A stretch of DNA of 64,000 bases from a bacterium. GTDB taxonomy: Bacteria; Patescibacteriota; Minisyncoccia; Minisyncoccales; JAGGXC01. The stretch is taken from the NCBI GenBank assembly GCA_021157625.1, contig JAGGWD010000005.1:2118-66117 (forward strand), in the 5' to 3' direction. This document shows positions 1 to 8,500 of this stretch, piece by piece (positions within the stretch are counted from its first letter, which is position 1; each line of letters starts with the position of its first letter). The translations under genes and the position numbers were made by a program. The notes beneath the pieces are model-generated. The model was not told the DNA's origin. It saw only the letters and a list, made by a program, of their open reading frames with translations, and did not search any database.

Positions 1-1225
1 CTAACCTCCTAACTATCTCAGAGGTTCCACCTCCTTTGATGCACTTAGCTCCTCTGATCTCAAAAAGAGATCAGAGTCCTGCTAAACGCAGGAAGATTTA
101 GGGACCTTAGATGGGAGTCAGGGCTGTTCCCCTCTCGACCTTGGACCTTAGCGCCCAAAGTCTAACTGCCGAGAATCCACAACCGGCATTCGGAGTTTGG
201 TTGGGATACCTGGCTTGAAACCACGGATATCCCATCCAGTGCTCTACCTCCGGTTGCTTCAAACTCGACGCTAGCCGAAAAGCTATTTCGGGGAGAACCA
301 GCTATTACCAAGCGCGGTTGGCCTTTCACCCCTTGCCACAGCTCATCCCAGAGTATTGCACGGCTCACGGGTTCGGGCCTCCCCCCGACTTTCGCCGGGG
401 TTCACCCTGGCCATGGCAAGCTCGCTTGGCTTCGGGTCTCCAACACCACCTCTAAAGGTCGCGCTATTAACGCTCGCTTTCACTATGCCTCCGCTCCAGA
501 GGAGCTTAGACAAAGGTGGTATTGGAACTCGTTGGCTCATTCTTCAATAGGCACGCCGTCACCCCGCCGAAGCGGAGCTCCGACTCTTTGTGGGCAAGAT
601 GGTTTCAGGTTCTATTTCACCGGGGTCACCCCCCTGCTTTTCACCTTTCCCTCACGGTACTAGTGCACTATCGGTGAGACGGACGTATTTAGCCTTGGCT
701 GGTAGTACAGCCTGCTTCCTCCGAGACTTTCGTTTCTCGGAGTACTCAAGAAAGATAACAAGGAGCGCAAAGGGGTTTTCGCCTACAGGACTATTACCTT
801 CTATGGTGCCCCTTTCCAGGGTGCTTCGGCTAACCAACCTTTGCCTAAATACTCTCCCTCGGCAAGCATTCTTGTGCACCAGGAATGCTCCCGACGTTAT
901 CTTCTTGCAACCCCTCAACAAAAATTTGTTGAGGTTTGGGCTCTTCCCTTTTCGCTCGCCGCTACTAAGGGAATGGTTTTGCGCAAAAGCGCAAAACTTT
1001 GTTTCTTTTCCTCCGCTTACTGAGATGTTTCACTTCAGCGGGTTCGCCTCTCGGCAGAAAGCCGAGATGTTCCGATTTATCATCGGAACGGGTTTCCCCA
1101 TTCGGAGATCCCCGGATCACAGGTTGCTAAGCACCTCCCCGGGGCTTATCGCAGCCACGCCACGTCCTTCATCGCCGCCGTCTCCCGAGGCATCCACCAT
1201 CTGCCCATAAAATGCTTCTCTTGGC
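1..1225 (-). rRNA. rrl: 23S rRNA, 5' ~1.2 kb (continues past the window start; 5' end approximate)
   Basis: Minus strand carries conserved 23S motifs: GGTGGATGCC near the 5' end, CCGAATGGGGAAACCC, CTGAAGTGAAACATCTCAGTA, TACCGTGAGGGAAAGG, AGCTGGTTCTCCCCGAAA. GC content is well above the flanks. Confidence 0.98.
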
Positions 1226-1260
1226 CAGTAACTGACAATCATTTCATTCTTTTCTTTCCT

Positions 1261-1278
1261 TATTCAGTTTTAAGGTGC
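1261..1278 (-). promoter_or_regulatory. boxA-like antitermination element in the 23S leader
   Basis: Minus strand GCACCTTAAAACTGAATA resembles the boxA motif normally found in 16S-23S spacers just upstream of 23S. Confidence 0.5.
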
Positions 1279-1415
1279 TTTCCTTATCTATCTTTCTAAA
1301 TCAAAAACCGCTTTCTTGGAAGCGGTTTTTCTGAGAACCTAAGTTCCCAGAAATATCAACCGCTTCCTTTATTCAATTTCTCTAAATTATCCACAATGTT
1401 TCTCATGCAATTTAA

Positions 1416-1444
1416 ATGTTAACAATTCAAAAACTGCTTGTCAA
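1416..1444 (-). promoter_or_regulatory. sigma70-type promoter for the 23S gene
   Basis: TTGACA-N17-TAACAT with an extended -10 TG, pointing into the 23S leader. Confidence 0.75.
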
Positions 1445-1457
1445 GAGTTAGGAAAAA

Positions 1458-1991
1458 TTAATCTGTTTCTGGTTTAGGTTCTGCTGGTGTTGTTGATTGT
1501 GGTTGAGTTTTTTCTGTTTCTTTCTCTGCCTCTGGCTTCTCTTCTGGCTTCTCTTCTGGCTTCTCTTCAGGTTTCTCTTCGGGTTTTTCTTCGGGTTTCT
1601 CTTCGGGTTTCTCTTCGGGCTTCTCTTCGGGCTTCTCTTCGGGTTTTTCTTCGGGTTTTTCTTCGGGTTTCTCCGCTGGTTTCTCTTTGGATTCAGTTTC
1701 GGGTTTAGGTGACTCTTCTGTTTTCTTCTTCTTATGAACAGGAATCTTCTTTCCTTTTAAAATTTTTTGTTTTATAAGCAAATTATGGACGGTATCAGAA
1801 CATTTAGCACCTTGCTTCAACCAATACTCTATTCTTTCCTTTTTCAGAGATACTTCCTTTGTTAAAGGATTATAATAACCAAGACGTTCAATAAATTTCC
1901 CTCCTCTGGGAGGATTTTTCTTATCACATACTACTATCTGAAAAAAGGGTTGATTTTTTTTGCCTCTTCTGAGAAATCTTATAGCCAACAT
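1458..1991 (-). CDS. rpsP: 30S ribosomal protein S16 with long acidic/proline-rich C-terminal tail
   Basis: MLAIRFLRRGKKNQPFFQIVV...GKFIERLGYYNP...WLKQGA S16 motifs. Confidence 0.95.
   Translation of the reverse strand: MLAIRFLRRGKKNQPFFQIVVCDKKNPPRGGKFIERLGYYNPLTKEVSLKKERIEYWLKQGAKCSDTVHNLLIKQKILKGKKIPVHKKKKTEESPKPETESKEKPAEKPEEKPEEKPEEKPEEKPEEKPEEKPEEKPEEKPEEKPEEKPEEKPEAEKETEKTQPQSTTPAEPKPETD
1533..1685. repeat. 12-bp coding tandem repeat: (EEKP)x11 plus AEKP/EKP in rpsP
   Basis: Units NGGYTTYTCTTC repeat in register; variation is confined to synonymous positions. Confidence 0.95.
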
Positions 1992-1992
1992 A

Positions 1993-2682
1993 TTACCATT
2001 TTTTTATATTTAGTGCTTTCTTTGCTGCTTCAATTTCAGCTTCTTGTTTGGAAGATCCTTGACCTTTTGCTATTAATTGATCGTTCAAAAATACACCTAC
2101 TATAAAATGCTTTGCATGATCCGGCCCCCATTCCTCCAGCACTTTATATGTTGGAGTAATTCCTAACCTCTCTTGTGATTCTTCCTGAAGACGTGATTTC
2201 GGATCTTTGTATAATCCTTTTTCAATAATGCGCGGAAGTTCCTTTATCAGATGTTTTTTTATAAACTTCTTACTTGCATCATATCCTAGATCAAGATAAA
2301 TTGCTCCTATTAATGCTTCAAAATTGTTTGCTAGAATGTAGAGCCTTGCTTTAGAGTTATCTTTTTCTTCTCCTTTTGAAAGCAAGAGAAACTCTTCCAG
2401 ACCTAACTCTTTAGCTACTTGGGCAAGTTGATGAGAATTAACCAAAGCAGCACGCCAGTTAGTCAACTCTCCTTCAGTTTTGTCAGGATAATTCTCATAG
2501 AGATATTCTGTTACTACCAACTCAAGCACTGCATCTCCCAAGAATTCTAATCTTTCGTTATGACCTAAATGAAAATCGGGGTGTTCGTTTAGATAAGATC
2601 TGTGTACAAATGCCTGAATTAAAAGATCTTGATTATTGAACGTAAGATTTAATTTCTTTTCTAATAGAGAGAAATCTTTCAT
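1993..2682 (-). CDS. rnc: ribonuclease III
   Basis: HNERLEFLGDAVL signature, EALIGAIYLD, C-terminal dsRBD (DPKSRLQE...GSSKQEAE). Confidence 0.97.
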   Translation of the reverse strand: MKDFSLLEKKLNLTFNNQDLLIQAFVHRSYLNEHPDFHLGHNERLEFLGDAVLELVVTEYLYENYPDKTEGELTNWRAALVNSHQLAQVAKELGLEEFLLLSKGEEKDNSKARLYILANNFEALIGAIYLDLGYDASKKFIKKHLIKELPRIIEKGLYKDPKSRLQEESQERLGITPTYKVLEEWGPDHAKHFIVGVFLNDQLIAKGQGSSKQEAEIEAAKKALNIKKW

Positions 2683-2685
2683 AAA

Positions 2686-3114
2686 TTATTTTTTAATTTT
2701 CTCCATTTCTTTATATACTGTCCCCAATACTCCATTTATAAACCTACCAGAACTCTCACCTCCAAAACTTTTAGCTAGTTCTATTGCTTCATTAATGGCT
2801 ACCTTAGGTGGAACTTCTTCTTTATTACCATATAATAATTCATAAAGTCCAATTCTTAAGACATTTCTATCAACAATAGTAATTTTCTCAAGCGGCCATT
2901 CAGGGGCCGCTTTCTCTATAATCTTGTTTAATTGAGAGAGATGAGAAGTTATACCTTCAACCAATCTCCAAATAAACTTAGTATCTTCCAAGCCAGGTCC
3001 AAATTCTTCTATATTTCTTTGAACAATTTCTTTTAAATCTTTTTGTTGATGGTAAAAATCCCACTCGTATAAACTCTGCATTACAATTGAACGAGAAAGA
3101 TGTCTACTTCCCAT
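2686..3114 (-). CDS. nusB: transcription antitermination factor NusB
   Basis: [33 protein letters not shown] motifs. Confidence 0.95.
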   Translation of the reverse strand: MGSRHLSRSIVMQSLYEWDFYHQQKDLKEIVQRNIEEFGPGLEDTKFIWRLVEGITSHLSQLNKIIEKAAPEWPLEKITIVDRNVLRIGLYELLYGNKEEVPPKVAINEAIELAKSFGGESSGRFINGVLGTVYKEMEKIKK

Positions 3115-3131
3115 TTTATTTTAATTTAGAA

Positions 3132-3416
3132 TCATTTTTTAGAAAGCTCTTCTAGAGTTAAAGATTTTTCTTTTCTCTTCTTTTGTTCGGTTTCCTTTAT
3201 TTCCTTTTCTCTTTTCTTCCTTTCTTTCTTCTCAAGTTTCTCTAAAATATTCACAACTTCTCTTCCTTTATAATAACCACAATTCCAACAAATAGTATGA
3301 GGCAAAACAAATTTACCACATCGAGGACATGTCGTTAAAGTAGGAGGTTCGATGAAAATATGCATCCTACGCTTGTTTCTTCGAGATTTTGTATGTCTTT
3401 GCTTTGGTACTGCCAT
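3132..3416 (-). CDS. rpmF: 50S ribosomal protein L32 (Zn ribbon, basic C-terminal extension)
   Basis: MAVPKQRHTKSRRNKRR, CPRCG...HTICWNCGYY. Confidence 0.96.
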   Translation of the reverse strand: MAVPKQRHTKSRRNKRRMHIFIEPPTLTTCPRCGKFVLPHTICWNCGYYKGREVVNILEKLEKKERKKREKEIKETEQKKRKEKSLTLEELSKK

Positions 3417-3506
3417 ATCTATTCTATGATTGATTTCAATATTAACAAAAAACTAATTTCTTGACAAGTACTGCCATATTTAATAATAAATACCTGGAGG
3501 AATAAA

Positions 3507-3857
3507 ATGGAAGTAATTTCTGGATTCGAGGGAAAGGATATAGAAGAAGCAATCAGAACAATAAAAGAAATTTGGGAAAAACAAGGTACCAAACCTAAAG
3601 GAGGACATGCACGTTACCAACTTCTGATTAGCAAGCTGAATGGAAGAGCGATATTTGTTCCTACAGTGAGCACTCGAGCAGGAACAGAAACAGTGATTGT
3701 GTGGAATCTCACTCTTGAACTTGCCAAAAAATTAGAGACAGAAGCCAAAAAGACAGACATTCCAATAGGATATCGATCTTATCTTTGGTTTGACAAACCA
3801 CCTGCACTTTTACCAAACGAAGAACAAAGAGAAGAATTCAAAGAGGAAAGAGAATAA
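3507..3857 (+). CDS. hypothetical protein
   Basis: 116-aa ORF with GGAGG SD and TTGACA at 3461; no recognisable motif. Confidence 0.7.
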   Translation: MEVISGFEGKDIEEAIRTIKEIWEKQGTKPKGGHARYQLLISKLNGRAIFVPTVSTRAGTETVIVWNLTLELAKKLETEAKKTDIPIGYRSYLWFDKPPALLPNEEQREEFKEERE

Positions 3858-3882
3858 TTCATTATATGCCATTAGGAACCTC

Positions 3883-4530
3883 CTAATGGCTTTTTAATTC
3901 TCTTAGAGGAGCGAAGGTTTTTCTGTGAATCTTGCAAGGCCCATATTTTCTCAGAAGCATCCGATGCGTTTTTGTAGGATATCCTTTGTGAAGATCAAAT
4001 CGATAATGAGGAAATTTTTTATGATAATTTTTCATTATTCTATCTCTGAGAACTTTAGCAACAATAGAAGCTGCCATGCAAGAAAAAATTTTTTGATCAC
4101 CTTTTATAATAGACTTTTGAGGAATATCCAAATCAATCCCGAAATTTCCATCTATAATTAAAAAATCAATTCTTTTTCCTAATTTTTTTTGTAACTTTGC
4201 TACCGCCCTCTTCATAGCCAATTTAGTTGCCTGCAGAACATTGATTTTATCAATTGTCTTTTCAGTAACTCTGCTTGTAGCGTACTCTATCTGAGGACAA
4301 GAAAGAATAATATCAAAGATTTCCTCTCTTTTTCTTGTACTAAGTTTTTTTGAATCCTTCATTTTCCTCATAAGCTTAAAGACTGTATGATCAAATTTTT
4401 TTCTTGGTAGAAGAACAAGGGCGCAGGCAACCACAGGACCTGCTAAAGGTCCTCTTCCTGATTCATCAAGACAAGCAATTATCTTAAATCCTTTCTTCTG
4501 TAGCTTCTTTTCTTCCTCTAAAATATCCAT
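3883..4530 (-). CDS. rnhB: ribonuclease HII
   Basis: DESGRGPLAGPV, KDSKKL, IDGN, AASIVAKVLRD, HKGYPT. Confidence 0.96.
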   Translation of the reverse strand: MDILEEEKKLQKKGFKIIACLDESGRGPLAGPVVACALVLLPRKKFDHTVFKLMRKMKDSKKLSTRKREEIFDIILSCPQIEYATSRVTEKTIDKINVLQATKLAMKRAVAKLQKKLGKRIDFLIIDGNFGIDLDIPQKSIIKGDQKIFSCMAASIVAKVLRDRIMKNYHKKFPHYRFDLHKGYPTKTHRMLLRKYGPCKIHRKTFAPLRELKSH

Positions 4531-4605
4531 TATTTAATTCTAACATAAATCTCTTGCTAAACTACTTCTGAATGCTTAAAATAGAATTGGAAGGAGGAGA
4601 GAACA

Positions 4606-4926
4606 TTGAAAAAAATTAAGCACAAGAAAGAAAAAAGAGAAAGGAATGACAAAAAATATAAAAAAGAAGCGAAAAAATTGCTCAAACATTTTAAAGAAAA
4701 AATAAACCAGTGCGCCCCTGAAGCATTAGTAGCAATTTTGGAAGAAATAGAAAGCAATTCTTTTCTTAAAGAATCGGATAAAAGGAAATTGAAAATTATG
4801 ATCGCAAAGAAGGAAAATCTCCCTCCAGAAATTATGGTAAAACTTAGACTCGACAAAGATAGAGCAGTAAGATTTTGGGCATACGATACTCAACGTCAGA
4901 AATCCTCTTTTGAGAGAAGGAAGTAA
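4606..4926 (+). CDS. hypothetical protein (possible C-terminal HEAT-like repeat)
   Basis: TTG start after an AAGGAGG SD; TTGCTA-N17-TAAAAT promoter at 4554-4582; LRLDKDRAVRFWA resembles a HEAT/LRV unit. Confidence 0.7.
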   Translation: MKKIKHKKEKRERNDKKYKKEAKKLLKHFKEKINQCAPEALVAILEEIESNSFLKESDKRKLKIMIAKKENLPPEIMVKLRLDKDRAVRFWAYDTQRQKSSFERRK

Positions 4927-4986
4927 AAAAGTTCTTTAATCTCTCTCTCCGTTTATACTTTTCCTTTTCTTGAAATACTCTCCTAT

Positions 4987-5009
4987 ATCCCCTTTTTGGG
5001 GGATTTTTT
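4987..5009 (+). terminator. intrinsic terminator
   Basis: ATCCCC-loop-GGGGAT hairpin followed by a T-tract. Confidence 0.6.
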
Positions 5010-5025
5010 GTTTTTTAAGCAAAAT

Positions 5026-5054
5026 TTGACTGAAGCTAGGCAAGAAGATAAAAT
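5026..5054 (+). promoter_or_regulatory. promoter upstream of dnaE
   Basis: TTGACT-N17-TAAAAT. Confidence 0.6.
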
Positions 5055-5095
5055 GAAATAATCTATTTTGAAACCAAACTCCTCAGAAATTGATT

Positions 5096-8000
5096 ATGAA
5101 ATTCACCCACCTTCATCTACATTCTCATTACAGTTTACTTGACGGTCTACCCAAGATTGACGAAATTATTGAGTATGTCAAAGAGCTGGGAATGGACTCC
5201 GTAGCTTTAACCGATCATGGAAATCTTTATGGAGCAGTTGAGTTCTACAAAAAAGCAAAGCAAGCAGGAATTAAACCAATAATCGGATGCGAAATGTATC
5301 AGGCCTACGAAAGAATGGAACAGAAAAGACCTCATATCGATGATAAAAGGTATCACTTAGTGCTTCTGGTAAAAAATAAGGAAGGATATAAAAATTTAGT
5401 AAAACTTGTAACAGAGGCACATCTCCGAGGATTTTATTACAAACCAAGAATAGACGAGGAGATATTGGCCCAACACAGTTCTGGATTGATTGGGCTATCA
5501 GCTTGTCTTCAAGGCAAGATTCCTCAATTAATAATTGCTAACAAAATTGAAGAAGCAAAGAAAACTGCATTAAGATTCAAGGAAATTTTTGGAGAAGGAA
5601 ATTTTTATCTAGAACTCCAACACCATCCAAATATTCCCGAACAGAAAAAAGTAAACCAGGCATTGATTAGGTTTTCAAAAGAATTAAATATACCACTGGT
5701 GGCTACGTGTGATTCGCATTATCTAAGACCCGAAGATGCTCAAGCCCAGGATATCTTAATGCTTATCAATACAGGAGCTGATCCCAACGATCCTGAGAGA
5801 TTAACAATGAAATCTGATGTGTTTTCGGTAAGAAGTCCGCAAGAAATGATGGAATTTTTTAAAGATATACCTGAAGCAATTGAGAACACTCAAAGAATTG
5901 TAGAAGAATGCAATTTCGAATTCGAACTAGGAAAAACAAAACTACCACGATTTGAAGTTCCGGAAGGTAAAACTCCAAATTCCTATCTAAGGGAATTATG
6001 TCAAGAAGGACTGAAAAAAAGATATGGAACCTCTCCAAGGAAAGAAGTAATAGAAAGAATGGAATATGAACTTTCAGTTATAGAACAAACAGGATTTGCT
6101 TCATATTTTTTGATAGTTCAAGATTTTGTCAACTGGGCAAAACAAAGACGAATCGTTGTGGGACCAGGACGAGGATCAGCTGCAGGATCTCTTGTGGCTT
6201 ATCTTCTTGGAATCACCAATGTTGATCCTCTAAAATATAATCTTTTATTCGAAAGGTTTCTTAATAAAGAAAGGATTTCTATGCCCGATATTGATATTGA
6301 TTTTACTGACCGTAGACGAGATGAAGTAATAGAATATATAGCTCAAAAATATGGAAGAAACAGAGTAGCCCAAATCATTACTTTTGGAACAATGGCAGCA
6401 AGAGCAGTAGTAAGAGATGTGGGAAGAGCACTGGGTTACTCATATAGTTTCTGTGATAGAATTGCTAAAATGATACCTTTTGGATTTACCCTTGATCAAG
6501 CATTAGAGAAGATTAGCGAATTTCGTGAATTATATGAAAATGATGATAAAGTAAGAAAACTAATTGATTTTGCTAAAAAATTGGAAGGATGTGCCCGCCA
6601 TGCTTCTACACATGCTTGCGGAGTGGTAGTTTCCAACGAGCCATTAGACACAATTGTTCCTCTTCAACACCCTACTCAAGACGAAAAAACTATTGTTACT
6701 CAATATGAAATGCATTCAATTGAAGATCTTGGTCTTTTGAAAATAGATCTTCTGGGATTAAAAAATCTTACCATCATTGAAGATACACTAGCCCGGATTT
6801 ATAAAGTACAGAATAAAAAAATTGATATAGAAAACATTCCTCACGATGATAAAAAAACATTTGAATTGCTTCAAAAAGGAGAAACAACTGGCGTATTTCA
6901 GTTAGAATCAGATGGAATGAAAAAGTACTTAAAACAGTTAAAGCCAACTAAATTCGACGATATCATTGCTATGGTAGCTTTGTATCGACCTGGCCCAATG
7001 GGACTGATTCCTGAATACATTCAGAGAAAACATGGAATAAAAAAGATTGAATATCCTCACCCAAAGTGCGAAAAAATTCTTGCCTCTACATATGGCATTC
7101 CCGTCTATCAAGAACAAATTATGCAGATTGCTCAGGAATTAGCAGGATTTTCTTTGAGCGAAGCAGATATTTTGAGAAAAGCAATAGGAAAGAAGATAAA
7201 GAAACTATTACTTGCCCAGAAAGAGAAATTTATTAATGGAATGATAAGAAATAATATAAAAGAAGAAATAGCACAGAAGATATGGAGTTGGATTGAACCA
7301 GCAGCCCGATATAGCTTCAACAAGAGTCACGCTACTGCTTATGCCACCATTGCTTATCAGACAGCCTATCTTAAAGCCCACTTTCCAGTAGAATTTATGG
7401 CAGCCCTTTTGACTTCAGAAAAAAACGACACTGAGAGAATTTCAAAGCTCATTGGTGAATGTAAAAAAATGGGAATTGAGGTTTTGCCTCCGGACATCAA
7501 CGAAAGTTTCAGAAACTTTTCAGTGATTCCTAAAAAGAAAAAAATTCGATTTGGTCTTCTGGCTATTAAGAATGTTGGCCAAAATGTGGTAGAATCAATA
7601 ATTCGAGAGAGAGAGGAAAGAGGACCTTTTAGATCGATTTCTGATTTTGTCTCACGGATTGATGGAGATGTTTTAAACAAAAAGTCGCTGGAGAGTTTAA
7701 TAAAAGCCGGCGTTTTGGATAGTTTGGGAGAAAGAAATCGACTTCTTGCAAGTGTAGAAAAAATTCTTATCACAAACAGAGAAATAAGGAGATTGGAAAA
7801 AAACGGTCAAAAGAATCTCTTTGGTCGCTCTTTTCATTCTGCTTGTAATTTTAAATTAGAAGACGCAAAACCTATTTCTCTGCAAGAAAAGTTAATATGG
7901 GAGAAAGAACTCTTAGGACTTTATGTAAGCGCTCATCCATTGGAGAACTTCAAGAACATCCTAAAAAATAAAGTTCTACCTATTAAAGAAATTAGTGAGA

Positions 8001-8281
8001 GATTATGGGGACAGAGGATTAAAATTGGTGGAATAATTTCGGGAATTAAAAAAATTATTACTCGTAATGGAAAACCAATGCTGTTTGTCAAAGTAGAGGA
8101 TTTGGAAGATAAAATTGAGGTAGTTGTTTTTCCAAATATCATTGAGCAAAACCCTACCGCATTTCAGGAAAACAAAATAGTAATGATTACTGGACGAGTA
8201 GATCAAAAAGATCAAGTTCCAAAGATTATCTGCGACAGTATTGAAGAGATTATGGAAGAAAAAAAGCAATGCAACAGATAA
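5096..8281 (+). CDS. dnaE: DNA polymerase III alpha subunit
   Basis: FTHLHLHSHYSLLDG PHP domain, GPGRGSAAGSLV, MPDIDIDF, FNKSHA, C-terminal OB fold; no intein. Confidence 0.98.
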   Translation: MKFTHLHLHSHYSLLDGLPKIDEIIEYVKELGMDSVALTDHGNLYGAVEFYKKAKQAGIKPIIGCEMYQAYERMEQKRPHIDDKRYHLVLLVKNKEGYKNLVKLVTEAHLRGFYYKPRIDEEILAQHSSGLIGLSACLQGKIPQLIIANKIEEAKKTALRFKEIFGEGNFYLELQHHPNIPEQKKVNQALIRFSKELNIPLVATCDSHYLRPEDAQAQDILMLINTGADPNDPERLTMKSDVFSVRSPQEMMEFFKDIPEAIENTQRIVEECNFEFELGKTKLPRFEVPEGKTPNSYLRELCQEGLKKRYGTSPRKEVIERMEYELSVIEQTGFASYFLIVQDFVNWAKQRRIVVGPGRGSAAGSLVAYLLGITNVDPLKYNLLFERFLNKERISMPDIDIDFTDRRRDEVIEYIAQKYGRNRVAQIITFGTMAARAVVRDVGRALGYSYSFCDRIAKMIPFGFTLDQALEKISEFRELYENDDKVRKLIDFAKKLEGCARHASTHACGVVVSNEPLDTIVPLQHPTQDEKTIVTQYEMHSIEDLGLLKIDLLGLKNLTIIEDTLARIYKVQNKKIDIENIPHDDKKTFELLQKGETTGVFQLESDGMKKYLKQLKPTKFDDIIAMVALYRPGPMGLIPEYIQRKHGIKKIEYPHPKCEKILASTYGIPVYQEQIMQIAQELAGFSLSEADILRKAIGKKIKKLLLAQKEKFINGMIRNNIKEEIAQKIWSWIEPAARYSFNKSHATAYATIAYQTAYLKAHFPVEFMAALLTSEKNDTERISKLIGECKKMGIEVLPPDINESFRNFSVIPKKKKIRFGLLAIKNVGQNVVESIIREREERGPFRSISDFVSRIDGDVLNKKSLESLIKAGVLDSLGERNRLLASVEKILITNREIRRLEKNGQKNLFGRSFHSACNFKLEDAKPISLQEKLIWEKELLGLYVSAHPLENFKNILKNKVLPIKEISERLWGQRIKIGGIISGIKKIITRNGKPMLFVKVEDLEDKIEVVVFPNIIEQNPTAFQENKIVMITGRVDQKDQVPKIICDSIEEIMEEKKQCNR

Positions 8282-8324
8282 GCATTGCCTATCTCATAAA
8301 AAGAAAAAGAAAGAAAAGGAAAAA

Positions 8325-8459
8325 TTAAAAATTGAAATCTCTTTTCTTCTCCGACACTCTCTTCTGAAGTTCGTATATCTCTCTCCGGAAGTCATCGTCT
8401 ATCACAGATCTATATTTCTCTTTTTTGCGTTTCTTCTTTTCTCGCGATCTCCTACCCAA
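8325..8459 (-). CDS. putative 44-aa basic small protein (MGRRSREKKKRKKEKYRSVIDDDFRREIYELQKRVSEKKRDFNF)
   Basis: TTG start 7 nt after an AGGAGG SD; TTGACA at 8502-8507; fills the dnaE-thrS gap. Confidence 0.5.
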   Translation of the reverse strand: MGRRSREKKKRKKEKYRSVIDDDFRREIYELQKRVSEKKRDFNF

Positions 8460-8500
8460 TATTCTCCCTCCTATTATTTCTCTAACTAAAAAAGAAAAAT

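Noticed and set aside
162..1210. Six ORFs in the ORF track
   Set aside because: They lie within the 23S rRNA gene; spurious frames.
1387..1395. DnaA box as replication origin
   Set aside because: Single box; no cluster, dnaA/dnaN or strand switch nearby.
1487..1712. Hydrophobic repetitive plus-strand ORFs, and the repeat as a possible CRISPR array
   Set aside because: Antisense shadows of the rpsP EEKP repeat; the units are contiguous 12-mers with no spacers.
5096..8281. Intein or split in dnaE
   Set aside because: Motifs are contiguous at normal length; no intein signatures.
8241..8489. 82-aa plus-strand ORF after dnaE
   Set aside because: Overlaps dnaE and has no SD; the minus-strand 44-aa ORF has better signals.
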